Below, in pieces: positions 26,801-40,900 of a DNA stretch of 64,000 nt. The stretch is from the NCBI GenBank assembly GCA_964276515.1, contig OZ193909.1, positions 6,572,001 through 6,636,000 on the forward strand. Reading direction: 5' to 3'. The first letter of the stretch is position 1. Each line of letters opens with the position of its first letter. The notes beneath the pieces are model-generated. The model ran no database searches. It worked only from the letters and a program-made list of their open reading frames with translations, and was not told the DNA's origin. A program made the position numbers and the translations under genes. This DNA comes from Gordius albopunctatus. Taxonomy: Eukaryota.

Positions 26801-28787
26801 AACTTAGATATTTTATAATATAAATTTGTCAGGATTTGCAAGAATAATATTTCAACTCTTATACGTTCATTAATATATTAATTTGCCGATTTGATCAAGT
26901 GGTTTAAATTTTATGCCTATAATTAGAACAAACTAATTAATTTTTTACAGCATTTTTAAACGGCTTGGGGTCATTATTACCCCACCCGACCTACGAAGTG
27001 TTGAAGTGGGTATGAAGCCTTACAGCTATAAAAAAAGGTTTAAATTCTACTAGTTTATGCCCTTATATTAATTATTATTTACAAAAATGAATGGAATAAA
27101 CTTACCTAAAATCGTAGGCGTAGCTAACGGCAAAACTGACGGCCACATTGGCGAACAGCAAAGTCCATATCGGTAACGCTGCTTTGCAAGAGGTTTTGCA
27201 CGTAGCGTAAGCCACTATGAGAAGTGGCGCGAGCAATACGTGAAATTGCACGTCGTTTGCTAAATACCAAGTCCAAGGGGCGCACATTTTATCCACGGCA
27301 ACAAGGTTGTTGGTGTAAAGTAAATTTGTCCACCAATGCGTTTTACAGGTCGGGTCTATACCGCCCAAACCCGGGGCAGGCCAAAATGGACCGGAGCCCG
27401 TGTAAGGGCCCACCCATATGGAAAAGGCTATGAGAGCCACGTAATTTGGAGTAAGTCTAGCCAATCTATAAGCCACGTAGGCTAATGCCTTTGAGACTCT
27501 ACCCTTTTGGGCCGAACTCCAATTTGATTGTTTAGAGCGGGTCGAGGTGCTCACTACAGCTAAATAGCCCGACACGAAAAAGAAAGTGTCTACGGCGAAA
27601 AAAGCGAAATACAGGAATAAGAAGAGTGGATGAGTAGGTATAGCTAAGCTACCGGCTCCGTTTCTTAGGACATCTCCCAAATTGCGTATGTAAAATATGG
27701 AAAACACGTAGGTATGTCCGTACACTACGTGTAACATAACGAGTGCCCTGATACCGTTAAAAATTGCTAATCTTTCCCGCCCCAATTCAATCAACACCGT
27801 TTCTGAACTACTTTGATTCGGATGGCATCCATTGCTTTTGGCACTTGATGCACTCGCTGAAATGGAAGGGGAAAGGTTTGCACTATTGCGGCCATCACTT
27901 TTATAATCCTTCCATGGCTGAGTTCCTGTTATTTTGGCAAAGTTTTGTGTGGGTGAAAAACATGTGATAACTTTGACCCACAAAGCTTTCGAATTGTTAC
28001 ACTTGTCAACAAAGTGGGCTAAAATGAGAAGAGAAAAGGCTATCCCAAAAAATATTAGGCCAATGTATATATCAGCCTTTCTGTTCTCTTCTGCATTAGC
28101 TAGAAAATGGCTGATAGAAGATCGATTCAAATTAGGATCAAGTATACTGATTGGTAGTATATGATTGTTAATTTTATAGGAGCATATGACATCATCAATA
28201 ATTAAAGAATGATGTAGAGCATCCAAATCATTCCCTATTTCATCAAATGTGGTTAAAGTTTTATTAAAATTTGTAATAATAAAGTCAATAGCCATTTGAG
28301 TTAATATATATGCATCTGTGGGCCCACATTCAGATGGAAGACAATAAGCATGGATGTAATCAATACCTGGTATGGAACGAAACAATGGGATACTGCGTTT
28401 AAAAGTCCTGACTTGGGAATTATAAAATGACCCAAACACAACATAACTCACATCAATACTGGCTACACAATATGTAGATGATCTTTTCAAACCCAAACAA
28501 CTATCAATTAATCCTAAGGCAAAAAAATTGCCACCTCCAAGAGATTCTGGAGGAAAATGGCCACTTGAATCCATAGCCTCAATAATATCTCTAAATTTCA
28601 ATGTTTCTATTGCCTTCTGACAATCTGGTGTAATTATATTGTCATGATATGAAGTATTAGTTGTTGTAAAAGACAAATTTGCATCTAAATTCGCGGGTAT
28701 AATGTATTTTAAGGCAAAGTTTGGAATATTTGTTGCCATCACAGATATTATATTAATTATTAATACAAAGTTCCATTCCACAATCAT
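23847..28787 (-). CDS. NRF-6 (nose resistant to fluoxetine 6)/O-acyltransferase-like protein, two coding exons 28787-27106 and 24486-23847 (773 aa)
   Basis: N-terminal NRF-like domain (AMDSSG, CLPSEC) followed by acyltransferase-3 motifs NGIRALVMLHVVYGH, AVDTFFFVSG, RLARLTP, WWTNLLYTNN, WTWYLANDVQF, YIKPYVRVGPFLIG, PLSNLTYSTYLIHP, FELPF. Phase-2 GT-AG intron 27105-24487 joins the two ORFs. Confidence 0.92.
24793..25498. mobile_element. hAT-type MITE in the acyltransferase intron
   Basis: TSD TGTCCACC at 24785-24792 and 25499-25506; TAGA...TCTA termini; CGGG repeats. Confidence 0.8.
26724..27000. mobile_element. Degenerate piggyBac-like MITE
   Basis: Inverted termini CACTTCAGAGGTTGGGT / ACCCGACCTACGAAGTG, flanked by TTAG and TTGA (decayed TTAA). 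Confidence 0.45.
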
Positions 28788-31698
28788 TTAGGCAATTTGA
28801 CTCTCTATTTCTAATAAAAATAAACAAAATATAAAATTTATGTACAATATAAAATTAAAATATCTAATTACCCTAAAAATTGTTATTTGGCTAACTTGAA
28901 TTTATTTACAGCTGATAAAAACTCAGAGTCTGTTAATTCGAAACATTGATTTATGATACTCAAGGATAATTATACACCTCTACAAACATTGACTTATTGA
29001 ATATATCCCGCAATCCGAACAATAATTCTGATAGAGAATTTTGCACTGAAAAATAATATGTTTTATTTTTTACGATTACCAATTTTTTAGATATATGAGG
29101 TTGAAAGTGCCAAAAATGTCATTTTTAATCCTTTTTGAGGCTAAATTGCCACGTCATTTTTAATATTTAGTGAAAAATAGTAATACATTCATGTAGATTA
29201 AATTTTCATCAATAGGGCTATTCTTTCATTTTTTATATCACCCTTATACTTAAATTTATACGCGTTTGCGTAAACCTAAGAATTTAGGTGAGTCATGGTC
29301 TTGAAGCCAGAGGTCAGATTTGTTAAACTTTTTCTGCCCGAACTCGACCCGGTCCGATTTTATAAATTATCTGCCCGGCGGAACCCTTCTATGCGTCCGC
29401 CGGCAATGCCCGAATTATCAGAGCTACCCGAACTGTTAGGTCCGAAATGCCGTGTCTCAAAATTGTTAGCACTAATATCGTTATATTTTAAAAAAATTTT
29501 AACTTTATTTTTGATTTTTTTGGAATGAGAAATACGACTAACAAACATTAAGAAATCAAGCTAAGACAAAATATATACAAAAACAATATAATACACTATT
29601 TAAAAACAAAATTGAGCCTTAATTGCCCGAATCTTGTTAGGGTACCCATTCGGATCCGCCCGAAAGTCAAAATTTACGACAATTGCCCGGCCCGGGGGCT
29701 GGGCGGCAAATCTATTCTCTGCTTGAAGCATTACCGCCTGAAATTCAGTAGAGGATTTATTTGTTAAAATAGAGATAGAATATTTAAATAACTTATGTTT
29801 GCACAAATTCAGGGTTCTGGTAAATCCTGTGGCGTAAATAAGGGGGTTGGGAGGGGAAATTCCCATCCCACCTCGGCAAAACACCCGCTTTTATATTTCT
29901 CGAATATTGACACATCGTTTTTATAATGTTCTTACGTTCAAATAAACAACATATAAATAATAAAAAAAAACTAAATTAAAATGGGTTAAAATATTATAGT
30001 TTAGTTACATTATAAGACACTTATAAAAATCTAGAAATACATTTAATTTTAAACAAAATGCATTGAAAAATTCCGAATATTATTGTGAAAAATGCTATGA
30101 AAAAAACAACTTGTTTGAACATTTATTTCCCGTAAAAACACGAGAGAGCCTCAGGAAGTGATAACTAAGTAAATATTATAATGTTCCTCATTCTATATAA
30201 TATTAATATTTTATCATTTGCTAGAGTCCATCACGGTTTGATAACTAAATTACCTGCCAAGGTCAGCCAAAACCCTTTAATTGCCAAATTCACTAATGCT
30301 GCCCGAAAAGCCGGGTCCAAAATAACAATTTTAAATTTCAAGATTTAATCGTCTTATTTTTAAGAACTTTTGATCTGATTCTAGAATTTTTATAAATAGA
30401 AAGGTGAGAAAAAACAGTAAACTATATAAAAATATCATTATGGTGGCCACCCAAGCCTACTTGATGATCTCAATTTAGAATGGTAGCCTGCGCAACCCAT
30501 TAGCCGAGTGGGTCCAGCAGCGAGCCCGACTTTTTGGTTAATTTTTATTTTTAATTACAAATAAAATGTAAAAAAAATTTGGCCAGCTTCCTCCCCCCCC
30601 CCTCGAGAAAATCCTGACTACGCGTCTGGGTAAATCAAATATATCACGATTAATGTAGCATTTGATTTAGGAGAAAGTAAGGCCATTGCAGCTTTTGAAA
30701 TATATGCTGAGTTTGTTGGGTATATAAATATATGCTTAGTCAAAAAAATCTTAAAAGGCATTGCAGGGCAAATTACCATTTGAACATAGGCTCTCATATT
30801 AGCTTCATTTATCGATGATAATTAGATTGACAAATTAATGGTGAAGGCAGATCAGATCGTTCATGTTGTTTACCCAAACATACATGGCACAAAAAAGCCA
30901 ACGGATGATGTCCACATATAACTTAGGGACGTGTAATTTCCTCTTAATAATACATTTAGAAAATAGGTAAACCCCAAATACTCATTTTCAACTTCAAATA
31001 TCTAAGCAAAATTCAAGGTCATGGCATTATAACACATTAGGGGTGAATGCTAGAAGATGTGTGCAATTATGTTATTATGGACAAAATGTAATGAAATGCT
31101 ACAAAACCAAGAAAATATAGTCTTTTAGCTAAATATTATATAATTTGTCTTCCCTTCACAACACAAGATATCAATTTTTTATCCATATCACCAATGTTAA
31201 TTGCATCTTATTAAATTTTAATTTTTATTATTATATGTATGGCTGAAACAATTAAAAAATAATTAATTATCAATCATGCATTTTCATTAAAATTTTAAAA
31301 ACAGATATATGTTATATAAAATAAAATAAGTTTAGCTTAAAAATTGCTATCAGATGCAAAGTTATTAATATATAATTAATACAGGTGGTGTAGAGGAATA
31401 AGAATTTAAAAATTAAAAGTAGGGATTAAATAGTATTATTATAAAAAATAAAAAACTAAATTAAATGCTATTGCTTTTATTATATTTAATAATTTTTATA
31501 CAATTTAAGAACTTAAAAATAATTAATTTGTTAATATAAACCTGTTACAATGAGCAATATTATTATGCTATTTTGTTGAAAATTTGCCCAATCAGTAATT
31601 TTTAATATACACTCAGTATACTTACAATACACAAATAATTACAACTCTAAATTATAATCACAGATGTCTAAATTTAATGGTGATCATATAATATATAC

Positions 31699-32097
31699 TT
31701 ATTTTTTAATTGGAACATTATTAAAGGTCTCCTTCCATTTTTCCATGCTTCTGCCATAACGCTCAATTAATGGTGTTACCATAAAGTTATAACTTGGCAA
31801 AAGACCTGTTTTATAAGGGGATACATATCCTGGAGGGGGGAAACTTCTAAAGTTTTTCCAATCAAGAGTGTACCGTTTTAAGCTGATTTGTTTGTGTCTG
31901 GGGTATTTATCACACCCAATATAATAGTGACCATCTTCTTTGTTAAAATATTTGTAGCAACTTCTACATCTTAGCTCAAGTTTTCCTCTATATTTCAAAG
32001 TCCTAACTATAGTGTGCTGACACCCAGGTCCTTTAAAGAATGGTTGAATAAGTCGTGATGCGGTTATATTTTGAAATATTGCTGATATAAAGTTCAT
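31699..32097 (-). CDS. MRPL36: Mitochondrial ribosomal protein bL36m, single coding exon
   Basis: Basic, amphipathic N-terminal presequence-like segment, then L36 zinc-ribbon LKYRGKLELRCRSC...YYIGCDKYPRHKQ (CxxC...C...H), then a C-terminal extension. Confidence 0.85.
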   Translation of the reverse strand: MNFISAIFQNITASRLIQPFFKGPGCQHTIVRTLKYRGKLELRCRSCYKYFNKEDGHYYIGCDKYPRHKQISLKRYTLDWKNFRSFPPPGYVSPYKTGLLPSYNFMVTPLIERYGRSMEKWKETFNNVPIKK

Positions 32098-33799
32098 GAT
32101 AAAATATTTGTTTGATATAAATTGCTAAAAATATTAAATCCAATTTTGAAAACCATATGACTTTGGCATAGTTGCAAAAAAGCAATAAGTTTTTTTTGTA
32201 TCATTCAGAATTCTAGGTCTTTTAGTTAACCCCAATATTAAATATTTAGCAGGAATTTTAAGATGAGGTAAGTTGAGGGTATACCTTAGGGATAAATAAG
32301 ATAATTTTCAGTGTGTACTTAAAGCGAGTGATAGGGTTAGTAAATTAGATTGGATATGGAGCTAGTCAGAAGTAGGGTCGCGTCTAAGATAAAAAGGGTG
32401 GACAATATGGAGATCAATACGTTATCAATGATAAGTTGACATATATTTTTTTAGTAATAAAGTATTATATTTAAAAAATACAACTGTCATCACTAATTTA
32501 AGTTAAAATATGGGCAGATTCTAGTATAGCTCTTTAGAATTGCCTTAAAGGTGGCTTTCAATGGTTTATTATAGCAAACGATATAAATTTATAGAGAATT
32601 GACTGAGATCAGATTAGAAATAAGTCGAAAAAGATAACTCAATGAGGGGTTCTACGATTTAATATATTCATTGTTCCCACCACATTTAATTTTTTACGCA
32701 CACGCACATTTTTATCACTCTGCTAATTATTTATATTATTTGAAGTAGCTTAATAACCCCCTACCTTATAAATTAGCATAATCTAAGGTTACTTTATTAT
32801 AAAATCTTAAATAATGAAATCGGAATAGAAAGATCTTATCACACTTTTGATTTATTTCTCAGCTTTACTTGTGTAAATGAGGATTTTTTCAAAAACCTGA
32901 TGTTATTTTTGTTATAATTTCTCTACATTCTTTGGGAGATATAATATACTATTTTGTACCTAAAAGATAAAAAATACGTATCAAATAATTTATCTAAATT
33001 GTTTAAACAATAAGTCACAGGCTCAACCAAATGTGACATACGAAAGTAATATAAATTTATTCAAAAATTATCCAACAGAGCCATGTTAGTCACCTTACAA
33101 CGCAATGTTAAGTGAAAGCATCTAATTAAAAATGTATAATTGTAATTTAATAAGACAACTGTTAATCAAATTATATTATTGTGGATTCTTATGTTTCATG
33201 GTAATAAATACAACATTCTAACATTAATTAAAAGACTTTAAACATTCTCTTAAAAACTTTATTTATATAATTCAAAGAAGCTTGACAAATTCACCCCCCA
33301 AAAAAATAAGAATTAAAGATAAAAGGGTGGAACCATTTATATGATTTTTTTAAAAAGCAAGTTTGCACCAGATTATATGAAATTCCAGATGATTCACAAT
33401 TATAATTTTTTAGCATTGAAACAGGCTTAGACAGTCAAATCAAAATTGTGCGACAAAACCCAACATTTATTGGAAATTCTATACCAGATCCCTTCTAAAT
33501 ATATATATAAAAGCAATTTTCAGCCATGCTTTTAACACTCCTTTGTTTAAGTTACTAAATACCACAATTTTAATTAGTCATGACTTAATTTTTATAAAAT
33601 ATTAATTTTGCACTTTTTAGCATACTTTTGTTAACATAAAAACATCTTGTTGCAAATATAATGGATGTTGTGCTTGGATCCAACCTGACCGAAAGGTTGC
33701 TGATTTAGGCATTAATAGCTTTGCGAAATTGCTAGCTGAAGTTTTTGCTCCTTTGAGGGGAAAATTTATGTGTTATAACAAAATGAGTGTATCCTGTAC

Positions 33800-34450
33800 A
33801 ATTTTACAAGTACATATTTACTACATTACTCCCTACTTTGTTAAAAACTCCTACATTTCTTCAAGTATATGCGGTGCCTTCCGTAATCGGCTCTCTTTTT
33901 CCGGCGGACATTCAGTTTCTCTTGGTGTTTCTATGCCATCATGCAGCGTTGGTTCCTCTGCTATATCGGCATAAACTTCTCTTACCTCTTCTTCAACTGT
34001 TTGGTCCTCGTCTTGTATCTTCCGATAAACTTAAACTCTCCTCTGTGTGTTTATTGATTATTCTTTTCCTCCATTAGTCCGCATGTTTTCTTACATGTTT
34101 ACCTTGACTTTCCACGTATGACCACAACCCTTTTGGTGGGTAAGGCTTCCCACCATCTTCGTGTAACTTTGTTTCTTATTCAAACTGATCATTATCCGCA
34201 AACTCTCTTGAACTTAAAACTTTGTCATGAAAATAGTCTTGCTCTTCTCTATTCGACTTTATATCCGTACGATAACTCGGTCTGGTGGATTGCAGCATAG
34301 TTCTATTTCTCCTCCCTCAGAATTGGGGTGATGACAGTTGGTCGATGTTCCACGTTCCAATATGTAGCCAGAACTTCAATCATACATTCCTCCGCATCCT
34401 TGATATCTTCCTTAGTTGCCAGATATTGACTTTTCAAAGTACTTATATAA
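33800..34450 (-). pseudogene. Heavily decayed LINE relic (endonuclease start)
   Basis: WLHIGTWNID at 34370-34341 resembles the APE N-terminal motif; all frames contain stops. Confidence 0.35.
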
Positions 34451-34865
34451 CGTTCGACACAACATTAGTTTTATAAGGATATAGAGTCGTTAAAATACGT
34501 TTAATATTGTAGCTTTCACAAAAAAAATTAAATTAATTTAATGTAAACTGTGCCTCGTTATAGCTTACAATTCGGCCCCGTATACCAAATCGAGCAACCC
34601 ATCCTTTAAGTTTTTGTAGATAATTATATTGGAAAAAGTGAGGCCTATACACTTCAATCCCTTTGGAATAATAGTTTACCCCCTAATTAACCAATATTGA
34701 CCATCCATCGGACAAGCCAAATCAATGTTTTCCAAGGTGTATCCCTAACATTTAAGGAATATACAGTCAAGCACATTGTTTAATGAAGGTGTCAATGTTA
34801 CGTAGTATCGACTTATCGATCTCATAGCATTCATGTCCGGATGTCTTTTGTGTAAGAGCTTTAAT

Positions 34866-35890
34866 AGTGCTGTAAATGAACGCGTTCAAATATTTTTTGG
34901 CGAACTTTGAACGTGAACGCGTTCCTTTTTTTGATGAACGCGTTCGAATTTAACGTTCGTTCAATTTAAAAAACCCTTTTTTGTTTTTATTTATTTGAAA
35001 ATTAATGTCAATACGAATTTTTAACAAAAAAGTCTTATATTTTTTAATCAGCTGTTTTTCCTGTTTCCTATTACGTGTTCCGAAATACTTTTAACATACT
35101 ATAACGTGCAAAAGAAGATAAGATTAAAGTTAATTAGTTTGATATTATTCATTATAGTTTAATTTATAGGTTAATATTGACAATCATAATATTATATCGT
35201 CGTCATCTTCAGATTCTGAATATTAAAAATCAGCAGATGAATTGAAATTGCCATGGCCAAAATATGAAAAATATTTTTCACTCGTTTCATATAAAAGATC
35301 AAATTGGATAATTAAAATGAACCTATAAAGAATAAACTTTTAGTGTTATTGAAAAAAGGGATTGAAACCCCTAGAATTGATAATGGAAGAGCTGTAAATT
35401 CCGAGATATCATTTTTTGGCGAGGAAGTAGAGGGCGCATTGGAGGATGATATCTTGTCGCAATTTTTTGAAGCGAGGGACAAAACATTAAAAGTTTTTAA
35501 TAAATTTCCTCCTTTAAAAAATTTGTTTATTAAGTATAATACTCCAATCCCCTCATCTGCCCCTGTGGAGCAGGTTTTTAGTATAGCTAATGCTGTATTA
35601 ACTGCCAAGCGTTCTGCTTATCAGAAGACAATTTCGAAAAACAATTATTATTAAAAATAAATAAGAAAATAGATTATATTGATTTATAATTATATTGTCG
35701 AAATAAAACTATTATTTTTTATCATGGCTATTTATTGTGTTAATAAATATAAGACATTTATTTATATTAAATTAAACTTTAAAAAAATTTATCATAAAAT
35801 TTTGAACGAACGTGAAGGCGTTCATGAACGTGAACGCGTTCGATTTTTGTCAATGAACGTTGAACGCGTTCGATTTTTTTACAATAATAT
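34866..35890 (+). mobile_element. Internally deleted hAT element
   Basis: TGAACG/CGTTCA subterminal arrays at both ends; ORF 35343-35654 has FPPLKNLFIKYNTPIPSSAPVEQVFS (hAT dimerisation motif). Confidence 0.75.
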
Positions 35891-37957
35891 CAAGCAAACT
35901 GTTAGGAACAATAGTGTGTCCGTATAACTCTATAATATCTTTCCACAATGGCACGACATAGATGTGAGAAATTAAAAATGCTTTAGTTATATTATCTAGT
36001 CCGTCATAACTCATTCTAGTCCTTGAATTTTGTAATAATAAAGCTATAAATGCAGGAGATGTGTACATTTCTTCTTTTTAGCATCTGTGCGACCTCGATG
36101 CTCTTACCCGTCAACGTTCCTACATTCCAGCACGTAATTCGCATTCTTTCCACAACTAGTTTCCTTAACCGCCTTCGTTGTGAGTTAGGCAGTAACCCTA
36201 GTGTATTTTTCACATTGCACGGGCGGGGTATGCAGTGCGCGTCGTTTGTGGAGGACGCTCTAGCCTTTTCTTGTAAAATCTTGTTTGAAACTATCATAAT
36301 TTTGGAGTTGATTTTTATAGCCGGTTTCCGACCTGACGCCAACTCTCCACTTTTTGCACACGGATTTGGGACCGTCGAAGGTGGAAATATCGGCTAATCA
36401 ATTCGGATTCGTGGCCGGCAAATCCACAAGCGACCCAATCTTCGCCCTAAGACAAATGATGGATAAGTAGGGTGAAAAGAGGAAAGACCAACATATAGTT
36501 TTTATCGACTTGGAGAAAGCTTATGACACGGTCCCCCGCGATTTAATATGGTGGTGCCCGAGGAAACAAAATATCCCTGACGCATATATACGGCTTATAA
36601 AAAATATTTATGAAGCATCAACCTTTTCGGGTTAATATTGGATTACATCAAGGCTCTGCTTTAAATCCCTTTTTATTTAATATAATTATAGACACGATAA
36701 CTAGGGACATTCAAAAGCCATCGCCATCGTGTATGCTATATGCCTATGATATAGTACTATGTGAGGAAACAAGGGAGAAAGTATTCGAAGAAGCCGAAAA
36801 GTGGTCAAAGCGCTTAGCTGGATATGGTTTAAAGGTCAACGATCGAAAAACGGTATACATGGAAATGAACGGTACAGGCACCCCATCGCTGGATGACCAT
36901 CTAAGGTACCCAAAAGTAGACAAGTTTACTTACCTCGGCTTGATGCTACATCAAGAGGATGGTTGCGCAAAAGGATGGCTTAAATGGCGAAGTATATCCG
37001 GTGTAATGTGCCACAAGAAAATGCCGATATAGTTTAAAAGCAAAGCTTACAAATCCATCGTAAGACCGGTGCTACTCTATGGAAATGAAACATGGGCATT
37101 AAAAACCACGGAAGGAAAGCTATTACAAGCCACAGAGATGAGAATGATACGGTGGAGCTTGGTGTATACTAAGCTCGACCATATGACGAATGACTTTCTC
37201 ATGACAAAAATGGGTATTCAACCTATGGCGGACATGATTAACGAAAAGCGGCTAAGGTGGTATGGGCATATACTAAGAAGGGACACGGATGACGTAAATC
37301 GAAAAGTACTGGATATGAAGGTACCGGGGAAGAGAGGAAGAGGACGACCCCGTGTCACGTGGAAAGGGCAAGTCGATAAAGTTATGTAAACTAAAGTGAT
37401 TAGTCAAAATATGGCACTCACCCACCCGAGCAAGATGGCAGAAACTTATCAAAACAAACTCCACCAATGTGGGACCAAATTAGAGGTCTGCATGGGCCGG
37501 GCCAGCCCGCAGGCCCAAGCCCGCCCCGCGGCCCTGCCGGGTTTGAAATTATTTATTTTCATACTCTAATTTTAATATAGAAACAAAAAAATGCACTTAT
37601 TAGCTTAATGATAAAAAAATTCATTTTTCCAAACAAATCTGGTGGAACTCAAAAATCATAATGTGAAAAAGTTTGAATGAGATGTATGATAAACTAGTCA
37701 TTTTTAATCTGGCAAAGATTTAATGGAAAATTTTGAAGGTATATTACCTTTTGAAAAGGCAAGCATCAAGTTAGAAGCGGATAAGACGCCAACACTCTAT
37801 AAAATATTACCCTTTTATACATCATTAAAAAGAATCCCAATTTTTTTCCTTCAACTACGTGTAATGATTATCCTGTTGATTTAAAGATTTATCTACAAAT
37901 TTAAGTCAAGAGCCCAAACTATGCTAATTTCAAAGTTTAATATCGAAGGTTATCAAA

Positions 37958-40900
37958 AAAACTCGAGCCTTCGGCCCTCGTGGGAAGGGGGAGGGGGGAA
38001 TGGAAGGGAGAACGAAACTCATCTATACTCCGTATAAACGTAGCATATTTGCTATGCAATTTATGTGCGAGAAAGGTGGGAAGGGGCGAGAATGCCTATA
38101 GGGTGGTATTAAATGCAAAATAATTGGACTGACGGGCATAGGATAAATATCAATGATAACCAATTTAAAAAAAACGAAAAAAAATCTCAAATTACATTTT
38201 GACCAATGGTCATTTTTTACATTGGTCAGTAGCCTGCGGACGGTCTAAAAGTCATATTATTAATGGTATTAACAAGAACAAAATAATGTAAAATAAAATA
38301 AAAATCTTGCCTTCTCCGGGATTCTAACCCACATTAATAAAGGCATAGGCTTTTGTAGGGGCACAGGGACCCATATCAGTAGAGGCATAGGCCCTTGTAG
38401 GGGAGGGCCAGTCGAGTCCAGTTATTCTTCAATCAAATCCCAAATGGTGTTCAAAGAATTTGGATTATCTTAGTTAGCATGTGCGTAGCCAGCATTGGAA
38501 TTACAGAGGGGCAATAATGATTTAGAGAGGGGCAAAATGATAATTTTTGAAATTTTAATCTCTAACAATCATGGAGCTCCGTTCGCCCCCTCGACAGTTA
38601 TTAAATAATAGTGTTTGTTTCTTAATTTTGTTTACAATAATATCCTTAATATTTTTTTTAGTTTTGACAATTTCAAAATTATTTCCAAAGGATTGCAAAT
38701 ACATTCATAAAGGTGTTATAGTCGTTTTTTTTTACAAAAATTAAGAATAACTTCTCCCCCCCCCCTTAGCTACGTCTGTGTCATTAATTGGTTTTCTCAT
38801 CCTTATAGATGCTAGCGATGGGATTGTAATGGAAAAATTGAAATTTATTAATCAATAATTCCAAAAGCATCCATTATTGCATGAATTAAGCAGAAAACCG
38901 CAGGGATTCATTTTGATAAGGAGAAGGGGTTTACGCAAACGCGTGTAAATTTAAATATAACGCGTTTTATGGATATTAGATAGAAAGCTTATGACACGGT
39001 CCCCCGCGATATGCGATGTTTTCTAACACATCTCTCTTTCCCTTTCTCCATCTCCTCCACTCCCGCCCCCTAATAATGCCAAGTCAGCGGTGGGCGGATA
39101 AGAGGGGTAGGGTAATAAAATGTAGTTTAACCTTGGCATATAAAAATAAGAGTAATAATGATAAATATGTAGTAAATTTTATCAATATTTGTTAAACAAG
39201 TCTCCACCCCTCAATCGATTACGTCACATGGGTAAGGAAAACGAATTTATTGATTTTATCATATAGAGTGGGGAGGGAAACAAAATTAATGTTCTAAGGA
39301 AAAGCGAACTTTAACAACTTATGATATTAATAATAAAGTTATAAAAATATACTTAAGTGAAATGATGTTAATGAATTATAATATATAAGTTTATATTATT
39401 GCAGGACGAAGTTTGGAATATTTAGAAAATTTTGATGCGTGATAATAATAAAAAGTTAATTGTATAGCGGGGTTAGAAAGCGTATGGATGGACAAAAAGT
39501 GAAGATAAATTTTATTTTCTAGACTGACTTTAAATCGAAAAGTTCCTAGATGGAAGAATTTAAATTATTTTTTTAAACTCCAAAAATCTCTAGTAATCTT
39601 GGAGCTCCGTCGGTCCCCTCGACAGTTATTAAATAATAGTGTTTGTTTCTTAATTTTGTTTACCCCACTTCTTAAGTTTTAACAGAAGATCTAAATTACA
39701 ATGTTATACAAATTTGAAAAATTCAAATAAAATTGATATTCTTTTTGCTTAATACCAATCATATATTTTCAAACATAGCAAATACAAAACGACGGAATAT
39801 TTGTATGCATTTAGTTAGTAACACATCTAAAAATATGATTTGCCCTCGCCGGGATTCGAACCCACATTAACACAATCAAGAGGCATAGGTTTTTGTAGGG
39901 GGGGCACAGGGACCCATATCAGTAGAGGCAAGGGCCCTTCTAGGGGAGGGCATAAGGTAATTATTAATGTCAACCTAATATACCAATTCAAAAACGAAAG
40001 AAAAATTTCGAATCATAATTTGGCCAATGGTCATTTTTTATTGGTCAGCACCAAGATACGGTCTATAAATACATCCGAGTGAAAAAAACGAAAAAAAAAT
40101 TTCGAATCACATTTTGGCCAATGGTCATTTTTTACAATTGGTTAGTACCCAGAGAGGGTCTATAAATACATACGAGTCAAAAAAAACGAAAAAAAAATTT
40201 CGATTCACATTTTGGCCAATGGTGATTTTTTTCAAAGGTCAGTAGCCAGCGCAGGGTTAAAAATTTATATTATCCATGGGATTAGTAAGAACAAAATATT
40301 AATTTAATTTAAAATAATTTTTTTTGCCCTCTTCGAGATTCGAAGGGCCTATTTTTTTATTCACGGCCCGCCCACTCACGGTGGTATTAAAAAAAATTCA
40401 CGCCCACTCACGAAAGGCAATATTTTGATTCACGCACGTCACGCCCGAAAATTCACGGTGTTTTTAAATTTTTCAAAATTAGTAATGGTAACCTATAATT
40501 ATACACTTTGTTGAATTTATTCTATTTATTTCTATAATTCCATAACAAAAAATAATTACAATTTATAAATCGAAATTTTTATTTAAAAAAAGAATAATAT
40601 CCATGTTTTTTGATTTTAATTGAGTACGCCTTTCCTCCAACAAGCGATTGGCTACAGAGAACAATCTTTCACTAGATGCCGAACTTGCAGGGGCCGATAA
40701 AATTTTACTCGCTAATTTTTTCAAAAAAGGAAACGAATTTTCATGCTTCCAAAACTTCAAAATACTATCATTATTATTTGTCTTTTGAGCGATGAATCTT
40801 TTAAGTTCATCTTCGCAGCTTTCTTCAATAGATGGTGAGGGTTCATCAGTATCATCTAGAAATTCTCTAAATGTTTCATTTAAAATATTAGGTTTCTTGT

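Noticed and set aside
27224..28164. Short plus-strand ORFs opposite the acyltransferase; likewise antisense ORFs over the LINEs
   Set aside because: Antisense shadows of real coding sequence with no independent support.
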